From a gamma proteobacterium SCGC AAA168-P09 (GTDB lineage: Bacteria > Pseudomonadota > Gammaproteobacteria > Magnimaribacterales > D2472): DNA of 64,000 nucleotides. Where the stretch lies: assembly GCA_000385055.1 (NCBI GenBank), contig ARRL01000002.1, positions 90,242 through 154,241 on the forward strand, written 5' to 3'. Each line of letters opens with the position of its first letter. Position 1 is the first letter of the stretch. A program made the position numbers and the translations under genes. The notes below the pieces were generated by a model, which worked only from the letters and a program-made list of their open reading frames with translations, was not told where the DNA came from and did no database searches. Below are positions 58,751-64,000 of this stretch, piece after piece.

Positions 58751-59151
58751 TTTTCTATAGTTCTTATCTGAACCTCATTAAACCCATTTTTATTAAGAAT
58801 ATCCATTATACCTACAATCCAGATATGAAGAGAGGCAGCTTCAGCACTTAAAATAATTGAATTATCAGAATTATTTAACTCAAAAATTGCTTGTTCTATC
58901 TCCTTAACATCATTTATGTTGTAGATAACATCATTTATGTAAACACTTCCATCAGCTATTACAGATATTTCATACATAGATTCGACAATGTTATATTCAA
59001 AAGATTCAGTTTTGGGAAGATCCAAGGAAAGAAATTGAGAATCTCCCACCTTCGAAGTAACCACAAAAAATATAACTAATAAGAAAACGATATCTATCAA
59101 AGGAGTTATTTCTATTGAAAAAGAAGATTTTTGATTGTTTATAAACTTCAT
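58747..59151 (-). CDS. exbD: ExbD/TolR-family biopolymer transport protein
   Basis: 134 aa. N-terminal TM with EITPLIDIVFLLVIFF, typical of ExbD/TolR. ATGA overlaps on both sides. Confidence 0.8.
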   Translation of the reverse strand: MKFINNQKSSFSIEITPLIDIVFLLVIFFVVTSKVGDSQFLSLDLPKTESFEYNIVESMYEISVIADGSVYINDVIYNINDVKEIEQAIFELNNSDNSIILSAEAASLHIWIVGIMDILNKNGFNEVQIRTIEK

Positions 59152-59747
59152 TTATTTATTACATCAATAAATCTAGATACTTCAATCTGAAGTGTAATTA
59201 ATAAAAAGGAAACTTTTTGCTCAAAGTATTTATGCAAAACTAAACCAGGTACCGCTATAAATAACCCAAAAGCTGTTGTAATTAAAGCTTGAGAAATACC
59301 TGCAGCGAGAGCATCAGGATTAGCTCCTGTAACTTCACTAAGCCCTGTAAATGCTGTAATCATCCCTATTACTGTTCCAAGCAATCCAAGAAGTGGACTT
59401 ATTGTTGCAATTGTTCCTAGCATATTTAGATTACGTTCAAGAGAAAACTTAACTTCTATAGCTTTTTCCTCAATCTTAGATTCTAAATTTTCTCTAGGTA
59501 GGTCTTTATATTGAATACATGAAATTAATAAAAAACCAAGTGAGGATAATTCAGATATCTCATCTGCTTGTTTGTTATTTATTAATCCTTTGTTATAAAG
59601 ATTTACAATTTGATTAGTTAAACCTTTAGGGGATACAAGCCTATTTTGAAGAAACCACACTCTCTCTATAGAAATAGTAATAATTAGAATACTGCAAGCT
59701 AATAATGGCCACATAAATGGTCCACCAGCTATTATAAATTCAGTCAT
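59148..59747 (-). CDS. exbB: MotA/TolQ/ExbB-family proton channel protein
   Basis: 199 aa with 3 TM. GPFMWPLL N-terminus and SPLLGLLGTVIGMI..F channel motif. Confidence 0.8.
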   Translation of the reverse strand: MTEFIIAGGPFMWPLLACSILIITISIERVWFLQNRLVSPKGLTNQIVNLYNKGLINNKQADEISELSSLGFLLISCIQYKDLPRENLESKIEEKAIEVKFSLERNLNMLGTIATISPLLGLLGTVIGMITAFTGLSEVTGANPDALAAGISQALITTAFGLFIAVPGLVLHKYFEQKVSFLLITLQIEVSRFIDVINK

Positions 59748-60413
59748 TTAGGCCTCTATTAATTTAAAGTCTTTTAAATAATAAATCTTATCAAAACTTT
59801 TTATAAAGGTATTATCATGAGTAGCTGTCACTAAAGCAATATTATTTCTTTTAGAAACATTCAATAATAAATTTTGAATAATTAAAGCATTAACATCATC
59901 TAAGTTGCCTGTTGGCTCATCCAGAAAAATAAAATCAGGACTGTTAATCAAAGCTCTTGCTATAGCGACTCTTTGCTTTTCACCGCCAGACAGCTTCCAA
60001 GGTAAATGATTTATTCTAGATGAAAGACCTACTTCTTCGATAATATCGTATGCATTCATGTGGTTATCATTATTTGCTAGTTGAGCAGGAATCATAATAT
60101 TTTCAAGGACTGTAAGATCTTCTAATAAGTGATGAAATTGATAAACAAAACCAAAATTATTAAGGCGGATATTGCTTAGGGTTGCATTTGTATTATTTTC
60201 AATAGGATTATCATCGTAAATAATCTTGCCAGAAGAAGCTGAATCTAATGAAGCCATGATATGAAGAAGAGTAGATTTTCCAGCACCTGACTGTCCTGAA
60301 ATTGCGACAAGTTCTCCTTTTTGTACAGATAGATTGATGTTATCTAAAACTTTAATGCTATTATTTTCAATAAAAAAAGTTTTTGAAACATTTATGCAGC
60401 TTATCTTATTCAT
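59748..60413 (-). CDS. lolD: lipoprotein-releasing system ATP-binding protein
   Basis: 221 aa. Walker A GQSGAGKST, signature LSGGEKQRVAIARAL, Walker B FIFLDEPTGNLD. Overlaps the lolC-type permease gene. Confidence 0.85.
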   Translation of the reverse strand: MNKISCINVSKTFFIENNSIKVLDNINLSVQKGELVAISGQSGAGKSTLLHIMASLDSASSGKIIYDDNPIENNTNATLSNIRLNNFGFVYQFHHLLEDLTVLENIMIPAQLANNDNHMNAYDIIEEVGLSSRINHLPWKLSGGEKQRVAIARALINSPDFIFLDEPTGNLDDVNALIIQNLLLNVSKRNNIALVTATHDNTFIKSFDKIYYLKDFKLIEA

Positions 60414-61629
60414 GTCTAAGAATTTCTATTGGATTTAGCTTTGTTACTCGCAGTGCAGGAAATAAAGATGCTAATAAACTAAAAATAAGTGATATCAAGC
60501 ATATAAAACCAATCTGCTCGTAATCAATATAATACGGAAAATAATTTATGAAGTACGCTTCTAATAAGTTTCTTCCCATCACCCCTTCCAAGAAAGTAAT
60601 AAAATTATTTATGTTGAAAGTAACTATTAAACCCAGCAATAAACCCATCAACAATCCAATAAAACTAACCATTAAGCCTTGAAAGAAAAAAATCATTACA
60701 AGCTGTTGGTTGTTAGCGCCAATAGTTTTTAATATACCGACTTCTCTTTCTTTGGATTTAACAGTCATAACTATTGTTGATAAAACAAGTATCGAAGCTA
60801 CTGCTACTATTAAAAATAACATTAAGCTGATTAATAATTTCTCAAATTGAATCGCCTCAAACAAAGTTCCATGTGTCTCTTTCCATGATGACGACATCAA
60901 ACTAGTATTGTCTGGTATTGCCAAATAAGCTATTTGATCCGCAAGAAATAGATTAGATGTTTTTAGTCTAATTGATAGAGTCTCATCAGTTAGTGATTTA
61001 AATTTTTGAGCAAGTTCATGAGATATCAATACCAGAGACTGATCGATTTCAGCTCTAAGTTCAAAAATACCTACAACCTGTAAATTTATAGATCTTGGGT
61101 ATGAGCCAATGATTGAACTTTTAATGTCTGAGGTTGTAATCGTAATTGAATCACCTACAAATATTCCAAGATAAGATGCAAGCCATGATCCTATTACAAT
61201 TGAATTATCTTTGCTTAAATCTTCTAAAGAACCATAAAGCATATAATCAGGAAGTATTGAAACTCTATCCTCATGATCTACATCAATACCATTAACAGAA
61301 ACTCCCTTGCTTATGGAGTTAGAGGTAATTAATGCTTGAAAAGAAATATAAGGGACAGCTTCCTCAACTCCATCAGCTAATTTTAATTGATCAATAAGAC
61401 TCTCATAATCGTTAATTGGTTCATCTGAATAAATCACCGCATGAGGAACAACACCAAGAATCCTATCTTGAAGTTCTTTTTCAAAACCGTTCATAACTGA
61501 CATCACTATGATTAGGCTAGAAACGCCTATAGTAAGACCAGTAATAGCTAAAAATGATGTAAAGGAAAATACTCCACCTTTATTAGATTTAAAATACTTA
61601 AACGCTAATCTAAGAGGAAGTTTGAACAC
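60406..61629 (-). CDS. lolC: lipoprotein-releasing system permease (LolC/LolE/LolF type); the only copy at this locus
   Basis: 407 aa. MacB/FtsX-like architecture: TM1, a large periplasmic domain, then 3 C-terminal TMs. N-terminus LPLRLAFKYFKS as in LolC/E. Confidence 0.8.
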   Translation of the reverse strand: MFKLPLRLAFKYFKSNKGGVFSFTSFLAITGLTIGVSSLIIVMSVMNGFEKELQDRILGVVPHAVIYSDEPINDYESLIDQLKLADGVEEAVPYISFQALITSNSISKGVSVNGIDVDHEDRVSILPDYMLYGSLEDLSKDNSIVIGSWLASYLGIFVGDSITITTSDIKSSIIGSYPRSINLQVVGIFELRAEIDQSLVLISHELAQKFKSLTDETLSIRLKTSNLFLADQIAYLAIPDNTSLMSSSWKETHGTLFEAIQFEKLLISLMLFLIVAVASILVLSTIVMTVKSKEREVGILKTIGANNQQLVMIFFFQGLMVSFIGLLMGLLLGLIVTFNINNFITFLEGVMGRNLLEAYFINYFPYYIDYEQIGFICLISLIFSLLASLFPALRVTKLNPIEILRHE

Positions 61630-61633
61630 AAAA

Positions 61634-63064
61634 TTACTTTAATAGACTTTTTAAAAGACTCTCAATACTTTTTGTATATGGAGGTCTGATACCATCAAAT
61701 AATTTATCAAATTTAAAGCCAACATCTTTATAGAATGCTCTAGGGTTTGAGAAATTTTTAAAACCATCATAGGATTGATACCTGCCCATTCCTGAGGGTC
61801 CAACTCCACCAAAAGGGAGATCTTTTTGTTGAATGTGGCCAACTACATTATTGATAGTAACGCCACCTGATGAAGTTTTATTCATAATTTGAGATTCTTC
61901 AGATTTATCAGTACCAAAATAATACAGGCCTAAAGGTCTATCCTTTGAGTTAATTGTAGATAAGGCATCATCCAAGTCATCGAATTCTATTACAGGGAGA
62001 ACAGGACCAAATATTTCCTCATTCATTATTTTCATATCATCTGAAGTATCTGTAACTATAGTTGGAGGTATTTTATAAAATTGTTGTTGAGAGAAATCTT
62101 CATTTGACGGGTTGATTTCATTAATATGAGCACCCTTCTCTTTTGCATCTTGGATTAAGGAATTAATTCTATTAAAGTGACGTTCATTAATGATTGAAGA
62201 ATAATCATCGTTATCCTTGATTGACGGATAAAAATCTTTAACAGCATTCTCAACTTCTAAGATAAATTCTTCCTTTTTGTCTTTATGAACAATAACATAA
62301 TCAGGTGCTAGGCAAATTTGACCTGCATTTAAAGTTTTACCAAACATAATTCTTTTAGCAGAAACTTTCATATCTGCTGATTTACCAATAACTACAGGTG
62401 ATTTTCCACCCAACTCCAGAGTAACAGGAACTAAATTTTGTGATGCTGACTGCATAACATGCTTACCAATATTGCCTGATCCTGTATATAAAAGATGATC
62501 AAAATGTAGTTTTGTAAAAGCCTCACCAACTTCAGGTCCGCCTAAAAAAGTAGCAAATTCATTTTCATCATAGGTTTTATCACACAACTCTTTTATTAAT
62601 GATGCTGTTAGAGGTGTGAGCTCACTTGGTTTATGCATAACCTGATTGCCGGCTGCAAATATAGCTGCAAGTGGCTTAAAAGTAAGATTAACAGGAAAGT
62701 TCCACGGTGAAATCATGCCAACAGTCCCTAATGGTTCATGCCTTACATAAGATTTAGCACCAAGAAGACCAAAGGGAAAATTAGACAATCTTTTTTTGGG
62801 CTTCGTCCATTGTTTAATATTTTTAATGGCATTGTTGATATCAGGAATAACGCTATAGGCATCTGTCATTATTGATGTATTTTTTGATCTATTTCCATAA
62901 TCCTCATTTAATGCATCAACTAAATCATATCTATTATCCATTATTAATAATTTCAATCGATTTAACCTATCAACCCTTAACTTAATTGATGGTGAACCTT
63001 CCTTTATAAAATGTTTCTTTTGAGAATCAAGAACTCTTTGCATCTCTGTTATTGTATTTTCCAT
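61634..63064 (-). CDS. NAD(P)-dependent aldehyde dehydrogenase (class-3 / coniferyl- or fatty-aldehyde dehydrogenase-like)
   Basis: 476 aa. LELGGKSP, catalytic Cys context NAGQICLAPDY, and EEIFGPVLPV. Confidence 0.85.
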   Translation of the reverse strand: MENTITEMQRVLDSQKKHFIKEGSPSIKLRVDRLNRLKLLIMDNRYDLVDALNEDYGNRSKNTSIMTDAYSVIPDINNAIKNIKQWTKPKKRLSNFPFGLLGAKSYVRHEPLGTVGMISPWNFPVNLTFKPLAAIFAAGNQVMHKPSELTPLTASLIKELCDKTYDENEFATFLGGPEVGEAFTKLHFDHLLYTGSGNIGKHVMQSASQNLVPVTLELGGKSPVVIGKSADMKVSAKRIMFGKTLNAGQICLAPDYVIVHKDKKEEFILEVENAVKDFYPSIKDNDDYSSIINERHFNRINSLIQDAKEKGAHINEINPSNEDFSQQQFYKIPPTIVTDTSDDMKIMNEEIFGPVLPVIEFDDLDDALSTINSKDRPLGLYYFGTDKSEESQIMNKTSSGGVTINNVVGHIQQKDLPFGGVGPSGMGRYQSYDGFKNFSNPRAFYKDVGFKFDKLFDGIRPPYTKSIESLLKSLLK

Positions 63065-63075
63065 ATTAACCTCTA

Positions 63076-63948
63076 CTAGTTTCTATCTGCTTTATCTTTG
63101 TTATTAGAAGACCTTATCATAGCTCTCATCTGTTCCCAATCTTCTTCACTTAAATTATCAAGTTTAGAAAAGGTTCCACCCCCAGTTAAATATTGTGCGC
63201 CGTCAATAGCTATGGTCTGACCTGTGAGGTAATCACAACCATCAGCCATCAAAAAAGTTGCTAGATTTTGCAATTCAGACATTTCACCAACTCTACCCAA
63301 AGGTATATCAGCCATATATCCAGAATCATTATCACCACCTGGATTAAGCCTCTCCCATGCTCCTTTTGTTGGAAATGGTCCAGGAGCTATAGCATTAACC
63401 TTAATTCCATATTTGCCCCACTCAGCAGCTAAGGATTTAGTCATTGTATTTAATCCTGACTTAGACATTGCCGATGGAACCACATAAGGTGAGCCGGTCC
63501 ATACCCATGTAGCTAAGATAGATATTATTGAGCCTTTATGACCTCTTTCAATCCATCTTTTTCCTACAGAATGAGTCATATAAAAAGTTCCATGAAAAAC
63601 AATATTCGCAATTGCATCAAAACCTTTTGCTGATAAATCTTTTGTAGGAGAAATAAAATTACCGGCTGCGTTATTTACTAAACCATCAAGAGGAGTCTTT
63701 TGAAAAATTCTATCAATATAATCATCAACATCTTGTGCAGCTCTGATATCTAATGTTTCATATGACACTGATGTACCATATTTATCTATAATCTCATTAG
63801 CAGTTTCTTTAAGAACATTCTCACGTCTTCCGCATATAAATATATTTGCTCCATGTTTTGCATAGTGAGAGGCCATCTCTTTACCAAGTCCTGTTCCTCC
63901 ACCTGTGACTAATATATTTTTATCTTTTAATAAATCATCTTTAAACAT
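63076..63948 (-). CDS. SDR-family oxidoreductase, 2,4-dienoyl-CoA reductase-like
   Basis: Likely start is the internal ATG at 63948 (MFKDDLLKDKNILVTGGGTGLGK); the track extends to 63996. Has NNAAGNF and the overall DECR-like pattern. Confidence 0.7.
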   Translation of the reverse strand: MFKDDLLKDKNILVTGGGTGLGKEMASHYAKHGANIFICGRRENVLKETANEIIDKYGTSVSYETLDIRAAQDVDDYIDRIFQKTPLDGLVNNAAGNFISPTKDLSAKGFDAIANIVFHGTFYMTHSVGKRWIERGHKGSIISILATWVWTGSPYVVPSAMSKSGLNTMTKSLAAEWGKYGIKVNAIAPGPFPTKGAWERLNPGGDNDSGYMADIPLGRVGEMSELQNLATFLMADGCDYLTGQTIAIDGAQYLTGGGTFSKLDNLSEEDWEQMRAMIRSSNNKDKADRN

Positions 63949-64000
63949 CTTCTTTATCCAATTTTGTAATATTGATAATAGAATCAACCCATTCATCCGA

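Noticed and set aside
1-64000. Searched for defence systems, toxin-antitoxin pairs, prophage or integrative elements, and secondary-metabolite clusters.
   Set aside because: No nuclease/helicase/methylase combinations, integrases, transposases, phage structural genes, small overlapping TA-like pairs or biosynthetic megasynthases were recognisable. All large ORFs have ordinary metabolic or envelope assignments.

Overview
This window is AT-rich and very gene-dense. By my tally of gaps between accepted ORFs it is about 97% coding, and many gene pairs overlap at start/stop or are convergent. It reads as core chromosome of a streamlined, probably marine, gammaproteobacterium. Several local gene orders match what I recall of Pseudomonas: mfd-gap-nqrABCDEF-apbE-nqrM, purB-mnmA-icd-clpS-clpA, etfBA next to ETF-QO, and lolCD-exbBD-lpxK-kdsB-murB.

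Content, in order:
- tmk (3-prime end), holB, an SDR, a glutaredoxin, an alanine/Na+ symporter and a GH16 lipoprotein.
- A nearly complete his operon: TrpR/YerC-like gene, hisG, a hisD-IGPD fusion, hisH, hisA, hisF, hisIE.
- trmA, nfuA and mfd.
- A pair of acyl-CoA dehydrogenases and a long-form GAPDH.
- The full Na+-NQR operon with its maturation genes.
- aceA, purB, mnmA, icd and clpSA.
- A roughly 9 kb block of accessory-looking genes: YeiH-like transporter, cysteine synthase, an internally duplicated secreted protein, a small membrane protein, a Tat-exported flavoprotein coupled to oligopeptidase B, a haloalkane dehalogenase, DUF1330 and a 5-prime-truncated hydrolase.
- infA, then a ceramidase-like membrane hydrolase with a secreted amidohydrolase.
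- etfBA, ETF-QO and a DUF885 lipoprotein.
- An 11 kb minus-strand gene train with almost no gaps: SDR, ALDH, lolC, lolD, exbB, exbD, msbA-lpxK fusion, kdsB, murB, LysE, DUF1285, DUF2256.

I found no rRNA, tRNA, CRISPR array, transposase, integrase, phage gene or recognisable defence or toxin-antitoxin module. I also see no clear-cut novel multi-gene system.

The most interesting items:
- Two gene fusions, msbA-lpxK and hisD-hisB(IGPD).
- A HisR-like TrpR-family gene translationally coupled to hisG in place of a leader-peptide attenuator.
- An ACAD pair in which one member lacks a catalytic base.
- A two-member family of small, strongly signalled membrane proteins of unknown function.
- A CREST/ceramidase-like hydrolase operon.
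- A decaying dehalogenase-type locus.

All functional calls rest on motif recognition by eye. No searches were run.
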